A stretch of DNA of 64,000 nt from Polyangiales bacterium (lineage in GTDB: Bacteria; Myxococcota_A; Polyangia; Polyangiales; JAWKRM01), in NCBI GenBank assembly GCA_041389625.1, contig JAWKRM010000020.1:14930-78929 (forward strand). Reading direction: 5' to 3'. The notes below the pieces were generated by a model. It saw only the letters and a list, made by a program, of their open reading frames with translations. It did not search any database and was not told where the DNA came from. Position numbers and translations under genes: made by a program. Positions 1-9,501 of the stretch are shown here, one piece after another (the stretch's first letter is position 1; the number at the start of each line of letters is the position of its first letter).

Positions 1-1
1 C

Positions 2-313
2 TACGGCATGAGCGAAGCGGTCGGTCCGATTTCCGTGAGCAGCTCGCGGAAAGTGGCGTTCCTTCCGGACGCTTCTGCAAACATGCCGCGCGGCGTCGGC
101 GAGCACCTCGCCGACGTGATCGACACCGAAGTTCGCCGCATCGTCGACGAAGCCCTCACGCGCGCCAAGTCCGTGCTCACGGAGCACCGCGAGGACCTCG
201 AGAGGATCGCCAAGCGCCTCCTCGAGACCGAGGTGCTCGAGGGCGAGGAGCTTGAGCGCCTTCTGGCGGTCACGGGACGACCACCCGCCAACGGCGGCGA
301 CGCGTCCAGCTAG
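2..313 (+). CDS. ftsH: ATP-dependent zinc metalloprotease FtsH, C-terminal fragment (5' end lies outside the window)
   Basis: The reading frame is open to the left edge. The translation ...YGMSEAVGPISV...LADVIDTEVRRIVDEALTRAKSVLTEHREDLERIAKRLLETEVLEGEEL resembles the conserved C-terminal helical part of FtsH. Confidence 0.8.
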   Translation, partial: YGMSEAVGPISVSSSRKVAFLPDASANMPRGVGEHLADVIDTEVRRIVDEALTRAKSVLTEHREDLERIAKRLLETEVLEGEELERLLAVTGRPPANGGDASS

Positions 314-1629
314 CCCGTGCGGCGCCCGGCCTTCGCCTGCGCCACGCGCGGCGGCACGGAGCGCCCCCGGAGAAAGCGCTTCGAGCGCACGGACCCCCCG
401 CGGCCCGGGATTCGAAACTCCGCGGGTCGACCACCGAGCCCCACGCCGAGGGCCGTTCGCCAACTGGCGCGTCCGAGTTCCACGGCGATCCGCTCACCGG
501 CGGGGAGCGACCTGCGCCGCCAATCGCTCGCGCTCGCCGCGACGCGGTACCCCGCAAGGATGGGCGCGACGGGCGTGTGCGGATAGCCGAGGGCGTCGGC
601 GTACACGTTCCCGATGAGCGCACGGGAAAGGGCGGCGTACACCGTCGACATCACGCGGTTCGTTTGCGTCGCCCAGGGAACGAAGGGCACCCGAAGGAGC
701 GACTCGACGAGGGCGCGCGAGTCGTCGTCGGGCATCTCCTGACAGACCATGATGGCGGCGGCCGCGCGGCGCCCCTCGCCCTCGGTACGCACGAGCCACT
801 CGGGCGTCACGCCGATCCAGTGACCGGACACGCGCCAAAGCTCCATCACGGCACGCGACTCGTCCTCCGCGTAACTGAACCCGAGGCGACGCATGCCCTG
901 CATGAAGGACGCGGAGAAGGCGAGGTTCGTGCCGAGCATGTCGAACTGGTTGATGGGCACGCCCCAGTCGGCCGCGCGCCACTCGGGTGAGCGGGAAAGG
1001 CGATCACGCACCGACGCGTGAATCAGGCGCACGCGCGCCGTCAGGGCCCAACCGTCGCCGCCCGGGCGCAGCGCACCGGGTACGCACATTTCGAGCACGA
1101 ACCGAAGTGTTTCGAAGAGGCGCCTCGGCGCCATTTGGACGAGGTCACCCGTCATGACGAGGGGTTTGACCCCTGCGGGTGCCGTATAGGCCAACGGGAG
1201 CGATGCGTTCATGAGCACCAGCAGTCCGTACACGCCGCTCCGCGCCATCACGTCGGCGCCGCGATCGACGAGCGCCCAATCGACCTCCGGCGGCGGCACA
1301 AAGAGCGCGTCGATGTACTCACGGAGTGCTTCGGGCGCCCCGCGGGGCGGCACGCCGGCACGGAGCGAACGGCCAACGTCGCGGCCGAGCCGCCCCGGTA
1401 CTTCGCCGCGGTAGGCGGCGACGAGCGCATCGGCGAGCGGATCGCCAACGAGGAGCGAACGGCCGAGGGCCTCGAGGGAGTCGCCATGCACTCGGCGCGC
1501 GGGTTCGGTGATGCGGTGCCGGGAAGGCATGCCCGGAGGTGTCGTCCCCGCGGAGGGCCCGTTGGGCGGAGTGACCCAGAACTCCTCGAACGGGGTGTAC
1601 GCGCGCGTCACGGCCACGAACCCTACCAC
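310..1629 (-). CDS. MpaB/DUF2236-family oxygenase-like protein
   Basis: A 439-aa ORF. The core (...ARVRLIHASVRDRL...WGVPINQFDMLGTNLAF...) resembles the MpaB/rubber-oxygenase-type DUF2236 family. The Arg-rich last ~60 aa look non-native, so the 3' end is uncertain. That end overlaps the ftsH stop by 4 nt in convergent orientation. Confidence 0.55.
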   Translation of the reverse strand: MVGFVAVTRAYTPFEEFWVTPPNGPSAGTTPPGMPSRHRITEPARRVHGDSLEALGRSLLVGDPLADALVAAYRGEVPGRLGRDVGRSLRAGVPPRGAPEALREYIDALFVPPPEVDWALVDRGADVMARSGVYGLLVLMNASLPLAYTAPAGVKPLVMTGDLVQMAPRRLFETLRFVLEMCVPGALRPGGDGWALTARVRLIHASVRDRLSRSPEWRAADWGVPINQFDMLGTNLAFSASFMQGMRRLGFSYAEDESRAVMELWRVSGHWIGVTPEWLVRTEGEGRRAAAAIMVCQEMPDDDSRALVESLLRVPFVPWATQTNRVMSTVYAALSRALIGNVYADALGYPHTPVAPILAGYRVAASASDWRRRSLPAGERIAVELGRASWRTALGVGLGGRPAEFRIPGRGGSVRSKRFLRGRSVPPRVAQAKAGRRTG

Positions 1630-1671
1630 CGCAGCCGGCGCGACCGCGAGCGGGTCAGGTCCCGAGTGCGC

Positions 1672-3189
1672 TCAACTCGAGCGCGTGGAGGACGCGGCGT
1701 CGCTTCGAACGAGTGGTGAGAAGAAGTTGTCCTTCTTCGTGTAGGGATCGACCTTGAACGCGAACTTGTAGCTCGCCGCGGCGCGTTGGTTGCAGTCGGT
1801 GCGAGCACAGAACCGGCAACGCGGCCCCACGGGTACCGCCATGCGCTTCGGGTCGGCGAAGGGCACGTCGTCGGCGTAGGCAAGGCGCTTGGCATGATCG
1901 GCGTGGGTACCGAGCGCAATGCTGTACACGGTGCCGCGGGCGAGGGAACCGTGGAGCGGTTCGCTCATCACTTTTGCGAACCAGAAGTACGTGCTCCCGT
2001 CCGTGAACACCTCGTACTGCTTGGTGAGCACGTTGGGCGTGAGGAACGCGAGATGCGCGACGCTCTTGGGGCACGCGCCGCTGTCCGGCGGAAAGTTCAA
2101 TCGGTGCGACGAGTAGCGTTTCGAAATGTTGCCCGCGACGTCGGCGCGCAAGAACCGAAACGGCACGCCGAGCTTTTTGGGGTTCGAAAGATTGCAGAGC
2201 CGGTGCGCGACCGTTTCGTAGGACGAGTCGAACTGCTTCGCGAGGAGCTCCACGTCGTAGCGCGAACGCTGCGCTTCCTCGAAGAATGCGTCGTACGGCA
2301 GCAGAAGCGCACCGGCGACGTAGTTCGCGAGGTGGATCTTCACGAGGTCCGCCGTTTCCCCGTGGCGAAAGGAGCTGGCGTCGAAGATCCCCTCGTGGAG
2401 ACGCTCTTGATCGAGGAGCGCAAGTCCGAGGGAATGGGCGAGCTGAAACTTGAGGCGTTGCTCGGGCATTTGCGATGAAAGCTCAAGGCGCCGCGAACCC
2501 GGATCCCAGCGACGGACGACCGACGAACCGTCACTCGGGCGCTCGAGGCAAACCTGCACGCGGAGCTCGCGCTCGAGCACGCCCGCAAGCCCGTCACTCG
2601 TGAGACGGAGGGGTAACTTGTGGCGCGCATGAAGCTCGGCCATGCGGTCTTCGAGGTCCGGAAACCAATTGTCCGACCGCTCGAGAAACTCCGTGACTTC
2701 ATCGAACGGGGTGAACTCGGGCGCAAGGTCCGGCGCGGCGTCGGGCTCCTCCCCGGACGGGCGCGCGCCACCACCGACGCGATCGCGCTCCGCCAATCCG
2801 CGCATGACGTGATCGAGCTGTGAACGCGTCGTCTTGTAGAGATTGAAGAGAGCCGTGATCGTCGCCACCGCCTTCGGTTCGGCGCCAAGCGCAGCCACCT
2901 CCTCGTCGCGAAGGTTGAGTGAACGGAGGAGCGGATCATCAAGAAGACGCGCAAGGCCGTCGTCGACGCGCGTCTCACCGAGGCTGGCCATGAACGCCTC
3001 CATGGACGTGCCGTAGAGCTCGAGCGCCTTCCAAAGGAGCGGGAGCTGCACCGACCGCGCGCCCTTCTCGATGAGGCTCAGGTAGGCCGGCGAGATCCCG
3101 AGACGCCGCGCCGTTTCGCCCTGCGGCAGGCCCCGCTCGAGCCGAAGGTCCCGGAGCCGCTGGCCCATTCGAACGTGCTCTTCCCGCAT
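1672..3189 (-). CDS. XRE-HTH / ImmA-IrrE-like / DUF2083 transcriptional regulator (short-chain fatty-acyl-CoA regulator, PrpR/RamB-like)
   Basis: The N-terminal HTH is GQRLRDLRLERGLPQGETARRLGISPAYLSLIEKG, followed by a long middle domain. The C-terminal Cys cluster (GACPKS...GPRCRFCARTDCNQR) is typical of this family. The gene is adjacent to acyl-CoA metabolism genes. Confidence 0.8.
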   Translation of the reverse strand: MREEHVRMGQRLRDLRLERGLPQGETARRLGISPAYLSLIEKGARSVQLPLLWKALELYGTSMEAFMASLGETRVDDGLARLLDDPLLRSLNLRDEEVAALGAEPKAVATITALFNLYKTTRSQLDHVMRGLAERDRVGGGARPSGEEPDAAPDLAPEFTPFDEVTEFLERSDNWFPDLEDRMAELHARHKLPLRLTSDGLAGVLERELRVQVCLERPSDGSSVVRRWDPGSRRLELSSQMPEQRLKFQLAHSLGLALLDQERLHEGIFDASSFRHGETADLVKIHLANYVAGALLLPYDAFFEEAQRSRYDVELLAKQFDSSYETVAHRLCNLSNPKKLGVPFRFLRADVAGNISKRYSSHRLNFPPDSGACPKSVAHLAFLTPNVLTKQYEVFTDGSTYFWFAKVMSEPLHGSLARGTVYSIALGTHADHAKRLAYADDVPFADPKRMAVPVGPRCRFCARTDCNQRAAASYKFAFKVDPYTKKDNFFSPLVRSDAASSTRSS

Positions 3190-3234
3190 GCGAACTCCCT
3201 GACTTTCCGAGATTGTCGGGGCACTTTACGGCCC

Positions 3235-3272
3235 TGTAATCTTCTTGTAAATCGATTTTTGGCCTGATTACA
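3235..3272. promoter_or_regulatory. 38-bp dyad (TGTAATC-N7-AAATC|GATTT-N7-GATTACA), candidate operator upstream of the regulator gene
   Basis: The outer 7-bp arms (3235-3241 and 3266-3272) and the perfect 10-bp palindrome AAATCGATTT (3249-3258) share one symmetry axis. The site lies in the only AT-rich stretch of the 3190-3403 spacer, 46-83 nt upstream of the start codon at 3189. Confidence 0.4.
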
Positions 3273-3403
3273 CGATTGACTCGCGCGCTCCGGGTCCGAC
3301 ACACTGCGTCAAGGTGTTAATCGGTAAAGACGCGCGGCGGTCCCCACGACCCACCCCGAACCGGGGCTCGGGTGCGGGCCGTGCGTCCCTGGACCTTCGG
3401 TCG

Positions 3404-4381
3404 TCAGGCCGGCTGGTCAAGGTCGAGGGCGACGCGTTCCGGGGCCGTGCCTCCGTCGAGGGCGGCGGCCACGCGGGCGTGCAGGGCCGACTCGCCGCCG
3501 ATTCGTTCGAGGCCGGCCTCCCCGTGCCTTCGTCGGTAGGAGCGCGCGATCCAATGGGCACTTCCATCTCGACGAGCGCGCGAGAGAGCCTCCGGGTCGC
3601 GCTCGGCCGCACGCTTGTCGAGGAGTGCGATGAGTTCGTCGATACCGCGACGGTGGAGCGCGCTCACGGACAGGACCTCGGGCGCCACGTCACGGGCTTC
3701 GGCGCGTGCTTCGGCGGCAAGCGCCTGCTTCACATCGGCCTGCGCTTGTTTCGCGAGCCGCTCCTCGTCGGCCTTGTTGACGACGATGAGGTCGGGGATC
3801 TCCATGATGCCCGCCTTGATGAACTGAAGCGTGTCGCCGGAGCCCGGCTGAATGACGAGCACAACCGTGTCGGCCACGTCACGCACGTCGGTTTCCGTTT
3901 GCCCGACACCCGTGGTCTCGACAAGCACGATGTCGTACGCGGCGGCGAGCACACCCACCGCCGAGAGCGCCGCGTCCACGAGTCCACCCGTTTGCCCTTT
4001 GGACGCGAGCGAGCGGAAGAACACATGTTCGTCGCTGGGGTCAAAGGCGACACGCGCGCGGTCGCCGAGCACCGCACCGCCGGAGCGCACGCTCGAAGGG
4101 TCCACGGCGAGCATGCCCACGGAACGGCCATCGGCGCGGAGTTTGCGAACGAGGGCGCCGGCCAACGTGCTTTTGCCGACGCCAGGCGGTCCGGTGATGC
4201 CGATCGTGTGCGCGAGCTTCGCGGCACCCTTCGCACGAAGCTCGGCCATGAGATCCGCGGCGCGCGCTCGCTCGGCGGCCCGCGTGTCTTCCACACGGTT
4301 GAGGGCCTCCGCGACGGCGGGCCGCTCGCCGGCAAGGACGCGATCGGCCAGCGCCTTCATGTCAGGAGCTCGCACGGACAT
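3404..4381 (-). CDS. meaB: Methylmalonyl/ethylmalonyl-CoA mutase-associated GTPase MeaB (ArgK family)
   Basis: It has the P-loop GITGPPGVGKST, the motif VLVETTGVGQTE, and the G4 motif VVNKAD. The ATG at 4381 overlaps the mutase stop by 20 nt. An alternative ATG is at 4360. Confidence 0.85.
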   Translation of the reverse strand: MSVRAPDMKALADRVLAGERPAVAEALNRVEDTRAAERARAADLMAELRAKGAAKLAHTIGITGPPGVGKSTLAGALVRKLRADGRSVGMLAVDPSSVRSGGAVLGDRARVAFDPSDEHVFFRSLASKGQTGGLVDAALSAVGVLAAAYDIVLVETTGVGQTETDVRDVADTVVLVIQPGSGDTLQFIKAGIMEIPDLIVVNKADEERLAKQAQADVKQALAAEARAEARDVAPEVLSVSALHRRGIDELIALLDKRAAERDPEALSRARRDGSAHWIARSYRRRHGEAGLERIGGESALHARVAAALDGGTAPERVALDLDQPA

Positions 4382-6356
4382 GAATGAGCTCCACCAACTC
4401 GCGCATGATCGCCGAGAGTTCGAAATCCTTCGGCGTGAAGACGCGCGCGACACCGTCCGCACGGAGCGCGTCGGCGTCGTCCTTCGGGATGATGCCGCCC
4501 ACAACCACGGGGACACGTTCGAGACCCGCGGCGCGCAGCCCCTTGAGGACATCGGCAACGAGCACTCGGTGCGAGCCACTCAGGATGCTCAAGCCGACGA
4601 GGTGCACGCCCTCCTCGACGGCCGATTTGACGATGTGTTCGGGCGTGGCGCGAATGCCCTCGTAGACAACGTCGAAGCCAACGTCACGCGCCTTGATGGC
4701 GATTTGCTCGGCGCCATTCGAATGGCCATCGAGCCCCGGCTTGCCCACGAGGATGCGCGGCCGTCGACCAAGTTCCCGCTCGAGGCGCTTCATCTCCATG
4801 CGAAGCGAATCCACGTCGTCCATCGAACCTCCCACATCCACGGGCGCGGCGCGTCCCGCGCTGGTCTGCGCAGCGGCCACGCCGGTCGGCGCACGGTACT
4901 CACCGAGCACCTCCCGAAGCGCACCGGCCCATTCGCCTGTGGTCATGCCCGCCTTGGCGCAGAGAATGGTGGAGGGCATGACCGAATCACCGCGTTCGGC
5001 GGCACGACGAAGCGCGTCGCGCGCCCGACTCACCGCGGCGATGTCGCGCATCCTTCGCCAGCGTTCGAGCTGAGCGACTTGCTCCGCCTCCGCGGCGGGG
5101 TCCACCGTGAGCACGTTCTGATTGCCGTCGACGACCAAGGGCGACGGTTCTCCCTCGGTGAACGCGTTCACCCCAACGACGGTGAGCTTCCCGTCCTCGA
5201 TCGCCCGCAGACGCCTCGCGTTCGATTCGACGAGGCGCTGCTTGATGTAGCCGCTCTCGACGGCTTCCACGGCGCCGCCCTGCGAGAGCACGACCTGAAT
5301 CTCACTCCATGCGCCTTCCACAAGCTCATCGACCTTTGCCTGAACATTTCGGTTCCCGCCAAAGAGGTCGCCGTACTCGAGCAAGTCCGTCTCGTGCGCG
5401 AGGATCTGCTGCGCGCGGAGCGACCACTGCTGGTCCCACGGACGCGGAAGCCCAAGGGCTTCGTTCCAGGCGGGGAGCTGCACGGCGCGGGCGCGGGCGT
5501 CGCGACTCAAGGTCACGGCGAGCATCTCGAGCACGATGCGGAGGATGTTGTTCTCGGGCTGCTGCTCCGTGAGGCCGAGGGAATTGACCTGCACGCCGTA
5601 GCGGAACCGCCGGAACTTCGAGTCTTCCACGCCGTAGCGGAAGCGCGTGATGCGATCCCAGAGTTCGACGAAGGCGCGCATCTTGCACATTTCTTCGATG
5701 AAGCGGATGCCCGCATTCACAAAGAACGACATGCGACCGACGACCTCCGCGAACTCGGCGGCGTTCACACGGCCACTCGCGCGCACGTGGTCGAGCACCG
5801 AAATGGCCGTGACGAGGGCGTAGGCGAGCTCCTCGGACGGCGTCGCCCCCGCCTCTTGCAGGTGGTACGAGCAAATGTTGATGGGGTTCCACCGGCACGG
5901 CGGACCGCGTGCGTGATGAGGTCGCCCGTGAGCTGCGACGGAGGGCCCCGGCAAAGATGTACGTGCCGCGGGAGAGGTACTCCTTGATGATGTCGTCGCG
6001 TAGCCCGAGAGCCCGCCGGGTCGACGCCCTGCCCTTTGCAGCGCCACGTAGACCAAAGAGCCACGGCGTATGGTGGCGTTGATGGTCGCGGACGTGTTCA
6101 TGCGTTCGAGCGGGATGCCGTCGAAGAGCGCGCGCATGTCGTGCGGGCGGTGTCCGGATGGCACGCCCACCTTCCCCACCTCGCCCGCGCGAGCGGATCG
6201 TTCCGCGTCGTATCCGGTCTGTGGGGAGGTCGAACGCCACATCGAGGCCGGTTTGCCCTTTCTGGCGTTCAAACGGAAGAGCGCGTCTGACGCGCGCCGT
6301 CGAGTGACCGCTATTGCACATCCAGCGACGATCGCGTTCGCGCTTCGCCGAACCAA
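4362..6356 (-). pseudogene. ecm: Ethylmalonyl-CoA mutase (B12-dependent, fused catalytic and cobalamin-binding domains). The 5' third is disrupted by multiple frame changes, so this is either a pseudogene or a sequence-quality problem.
   Basis: Positions 4362-~5880 form one clean frame with mutase hallmarks: WNPINICSYHLQEAGATP, FFVNAGIRFIEEMCKMRAF, VQVNSLGLTEQQPENN, and the C-terminal B12 domain GKPGLDGHSNGAEQIA. Between ~5890 and ~6300 the conserved peptides are spread over all three minus-strand frames: SGHSTA, ASDALFRLNARKG, QTGLDVAFDLPT, QTGYD..GEVGKVGVP..MNTSATINAT, TPWLFGL, KGQGVDPA, DDIIKEYLSRGTYIF, GPPSQLTGDLITHAV. The true start is undefined. Confidence 0.75.
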
Positions 6357-6413
6357 GGCTTACGCGATGACCACGTACGAAAGCAACCGCCGTTTGGAAC
6401 CCATTTCGCATTG

Positions 6414-6438
6414 GAGGACACGAGTTCGAGGACACGAG
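6414..6438. promoter_or_regulatory. Direct repeat GAGGACACGAG-TTC-GAGGACACGAG in the ecm/ccr divergent region
   Basis: Two perfect 11-nt copies (6414-6424 and 6428-6438) with a 14-nt period lie ~110-135 nt upstream of the ccr start. A regulatory role is only inferred. Confidence 0.3.
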
Positions 6439-6547
6439 GAGGAGGAACCATCTGCGACTAACGTGCACGCACGCAACACAGCCCAACGCCCAACACAGTG
6501 ATTCCCGGGACGACGGCACCGAGCCGTCCGGCACACACCTTCGGGAA

Positions 6548-7795
6548 GTGCCGCAGGCACGGGTTCACGGCATCCATGAACTGCCACCGCTCGGCGTCGT
6601 GCCGACGCACATGCACGCGTATGCGATTCGCGAGGAGCGATTCGGCGAGCCCATGAAGTCCTTTGAGCGCGAAGTACTGCCCACGTGGGATCCGGGGCCG
6701 GGGGAAGTGCTCGTGCAGGTCATGGCCGCGGGCGTGAACTTCAACGGCGTGTGGGCCGGCCTCGGCGAACCCGTCAGCGTGCTCAAGGGCAATCCCCTCG
6801 GCTACCACATCGCCGGGTCGGACGCGTCGGGCGTCGTGTGGAAGGTCGGCGAAGGCGTGACGCGCTGGAAGGTCGGCGACGAGGTCGTCCTCCACTGCAA
6901 CCACACCTGCGGCGAGTGCGAGCACTGCAACGGCGGCGAACCCCTCGCCTGCCGGAAGCAGCAGATTTGGGGCTACGAAACACCGGACGGGTCCTTCGCG
7001 CAGTACACCCGCGTCCAGTCCCAGCAGCTGCTCCCGAAACCCAACCACCTCACCTGGGAAGAGGCCGCGAGCTACGGGCTCACGTTCTTCACGGCCTACC
7101 GCATGCTCATCGACCGCGCCGGGCTCCGCGCCGGCGAGGACGTGCTCATCTGGGGCGCGGGTGGCGGCCTCGGGGTGTTCGCCGTGCAGCTCGCCAAACT
7201 CGTGGGCGCGCGCGCCGTCGCGGTGGTGTCCACCGAGGAGAAGGCGGAGCTCGCGATGCAGCTCGGCGCCCACGGCGTCATCAACCGAAAGGAGTTCCCC
7301 GACCTCGCCCAGCGCGAAAACGAAACGGACGAACAGGCGGGCCTCCGCATGCTGGCGACCAAGGCCTTCGGCAAGCGCATCTGGCAGATCCTCGGCGAGA
7401 AGAAGGGGCCCGAGGTCGTCTTCGAGCACGTGGGCCGCTCGACGTTCGCTTCGAGCGTGTTCCTCGCGAATCGCTTCGGGCGCATCGTCATCTGCGGCGC
7501 CACCACCGGCTTCCAGCTAAACTTCGACGTGCGCCACCTCTGGATGCACCAAAAGTCGATCATCGGCTCGCACTTCGCCGACGCCGGCGAGGCGACGAAG
7601 GCGAACCAGCTCATCGAACGCGGCCAGATCCGCCCGGTGCTCACGCGGACGTTCAAGTGGGAGGAGATCCCCGCAGCGCACCAGGAGATGTTCGAGAACA
7701 AACTCCACGGGAACGTGGCGTGCCTCGTGGGCGCACCGCGCGAGGGGCTCAAAAACCTCGAGGAAACCCGGGCCGCCCTCGCGAGCCATGCTTGA
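6548..7795 (+). CDS. ccr: Crotonyl-CoA carboxylase/reductase
   Basis: It is collinear with Ccr over the full length: MHAYAIREERFGEP, VMAAGVNFNGVWAG, YHIAGSDASGVVWKVG, IWGYETPDGSFAQYTRVQSQQL, VFEHVGRSTF, ICGATTGFQLNFDVRHLWMHQKSIIGSHFA. The start is GTG. Confidence 0.9.
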   Translation: MPQARVHGIHELPPLGVVPTHMHAYAIREERFGEPMKSFEREVLPTWDPGPGEVLVQVMAAGVNFNGVWAGLGEPVSVLKGNPLGYHIAGSDASGVVWKVGEGVTRWKVGDEVVLHCNHTCGECEHCNGGEPLACRKQQIWGYETPDGSFAQYTRVQSQQLLPKPNHLTWEEAASYGLTFFTAYRMLIDRAGLRAGEDVLIWGAGGGLGVFAVQLAKLVGARAVAVVSTEEKAELAMQLGAHGVINRKEFPDLAQRENETDEQAGLRMLATKAFGKRIWQILGEKKGPEVVFEHVGRSTFASSVFLANRFGRIVICGATTGFQLNFDVRHLWMHQKSIIGSHFADAGEATKANQLIERGQIRPVLTRTFKWEEIPAAHQEMFENKLHGNVACLVGAPREGLKNLEETRAALASHA

Positions 7796-9467
7796 CGCGC
7801 GGCCGAGCCAACCGGTAGCAACCGACGTGGACATGTCGAATCCCAACACGCCGACGGGCGTGCCGTGGTCAGCCCTCGAGGCCCTCCTCGGCGCGGCGCA
7901 CGCGCACCTCCTTCGGGAGACCGGCGCCGCGGGCCGCGTCGACGGCAAGCGCCTCGAGGCCAAGCAGGTGGCCGCCCACGGGTACGCGTTCCTCGCGACG
8001 GAACTCGCCGCCGCGCGCGCGCTCGTGGCGTGGGCCGAGCGCATGGGCGACGCGCGCTCCACGCACATCGCCAACGCGTTCGTGGCGGAGCTTTGCCGCA
8101 CGCTCCCGGGCGGCGTCGACCTCGGGCCGGGCGAGTCGGTCGCCCTCACGGAACTCGGCATTGACCACGCCCTCGCCTCGCGCACCCTCGGGAGCGCCGA
8201 GGTCACGGAGTTCGTCGGGAAGCATGGCGGGAGCGACGTGCTCCTCGCCCTTGCGAACGACGACGTGGCCCGCGAAGCACGCTTCGACGGGCTCACGGAG
8301 ATGCACCGCGAGATCCGCGCCGAGTTCGCGCGCTTCGTCGATGCCGAGGTGATCCCCATCGCGCAGCACATCCACCGCGAGGACGTGCTCATCCCCATGG
8401 AGCTCCTCCGGCGCATGGCGGAACTCGGCGTGTTCGGGCTCACCATCCCGGAGAAGTACGGCGGCCTCGGCCTCGGCAAGGTCGCCATGTGCGTCGTGAC
8501 GGAGGAGCTCTCCCGCGGCTACATCGGCGTGGGCAGCCTCGGCACGCGTGCGGAAATTGCGGCCGAGCTCATCCTCGGCGGCGGCACGGACGCGCAGAAG
8601 AGCGAGTGGCTCCCGAAGATTGCGGCGGGCGAAGTTTTGCCGACCGCCGTGTTCACGGAACCCAACCACGGTTCGGACCTCGCGCACATCCGCACGCGCG
8701 CCGAACGACAGGCGGACGGCGGCTACGTCGTGCACGGCCAGAAGACGTGGATCACCCACGCCGTCCGCGCCGACCTGATGACGCTCCTCGCGCGCACGGA
8801 CGCGTCGAAGCCGGGCTACGAGGGTCTCAGCATGTTCCTCGCGCCGAAGACACGGCGGGACGGCGCGCCCGGCGAGCCCGAGTTCGTCGACGCGGGCCTC
8901 TCGGGCACCGAAATCAAGGTGCTCGGCTACCGCGGCATGAAGGAATACGAGCTCGGCTTCGACGGGTTCCGCGTTCCCGGGGGCGCGCTGCTCGGCGGCG
9001 AAGAGGGCGCTGGTTTCAAGCAGCTCATGCGCACCTTTGAGAGCGCGCGCATCCAGACCGCAGCCCGCGGCATCGGCCTCGCACAGGCGGCCCTCGACGA
9101 CGCGGCCCGCTACGCGCGGGAGCGCACCCAGTTCGGAAAGCCCCTCCTCGCCTTCCCGCGCGTTGCGCACAAGATCGGCCGCGTGCTGCTCCTCGTCCAC
9201 GCCGCGCGGCAGCTCACCTACGCCGCGGCGGAGAAGAAGGACTCGGGCGCCCGCTCGGACCTCGAGGCGGGCATGGCGAAGCTGCTTGGCACACGCGCCG
9301 CGTGGATCGCGGCGGACGCCAACGTGCAGATCCACGGAGGCAACGGATACGCCGAGGAATACCTGGCGTCGCGGCTCCTCGTCGACGCCCGCGTGCTCAG
9401 CATTTTCGAGGGCGCGAACGAGATTCAGGCGCACGTGATTGCGAAGCGATTGCTCGAAGAGAAGTAA
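7788..9467 (+). CDS. mcd: Acyl-CoA dehydrogenase with a ~170-aa N-terminal extension, probable (2S)-methylsuccinyl-CoA dehydrogenase
   Basis: The C-terminal ACAD core carries FTEPNHGSDL, GQKTWITHA and IFEGANEIQ. A long N-terminal extension is characteristic of Mcd. The start overlaps the ccr stop (ATGCTTGA). An alternative ATG is at 7833. Confidence 0.75.
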   Translation: MLDARPSQPVATDVDMSNPNTPTGVPWSALEALLGAAHAHLLRETGAAGRVDGKRLEAKQVAAHGYAFLATELAAARALVAWAERMGDARSTHIANAFVAELCRTLPGGVDLGPGESVALTELGIDHALASRTLGSAEVTEFVGKHGGSDVLLALANDDVAREARFDGLTEMHREIRAEFARFVDAEVIPIAQHIHREDVLIPMELLRRMAELGVFGLTIPEKYGGLGLGKVAMCVVTEELSRGYIGVGSLGTRAEIAAELILGGGTDAQKSEWLPKIAAGEVLPTAVFTEPNHGSDLAHIRTRAERQADGGYVVHGQKTWITHAVRADLMTLLARTDASKPGYEGLSMFLAPKTRRDGAPGEPEFVDAGLSGTEIKVLGYRGMKEYELGFDGFRVPGGALLGGEEGAGFKQLMRTFESARIQTAARGIGLAQAALDDAARYARERTQFGKPLLAFPRVAHKIGRVLLLVHAARQLTYAAAEKKDSGARSDLEAGMAKLLGTRAAWIAADANVQIHGGNGYAEEYLASRLLVDARVLSIFEGANEIQAHVIAKRLLEEK

Positions 9468-9501
9468 ACGCGGCACAGTCGGCGCCTCGAAAGGGCCCGC
9501 C

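Noticed and set aside
1672-3189. The XRE-HTH plus ImmA/IrrE-like protein could be a prophage repressor/antirepressor or a toxin-antitoxin-type module.
   Set aside because: It is a single 505-aa polypeptide with the DUF2083-type Cys-rich C-terminus typical of acyl-CoA-responsive PrpR/RamB regulators. It sits in an acyl-CoA metabolic cluster. There are no phage, integrase or toxin genes nearby.
6414-6438. The direct repeats here, or the coding repeats at 40282-40440, could be a CRISPR array.
   Set aside because: The first has only two 11-nt copies with a 3-nt spacer. The second is an in-frame tandem coding repeat without unique spacers. No cas genes are present.
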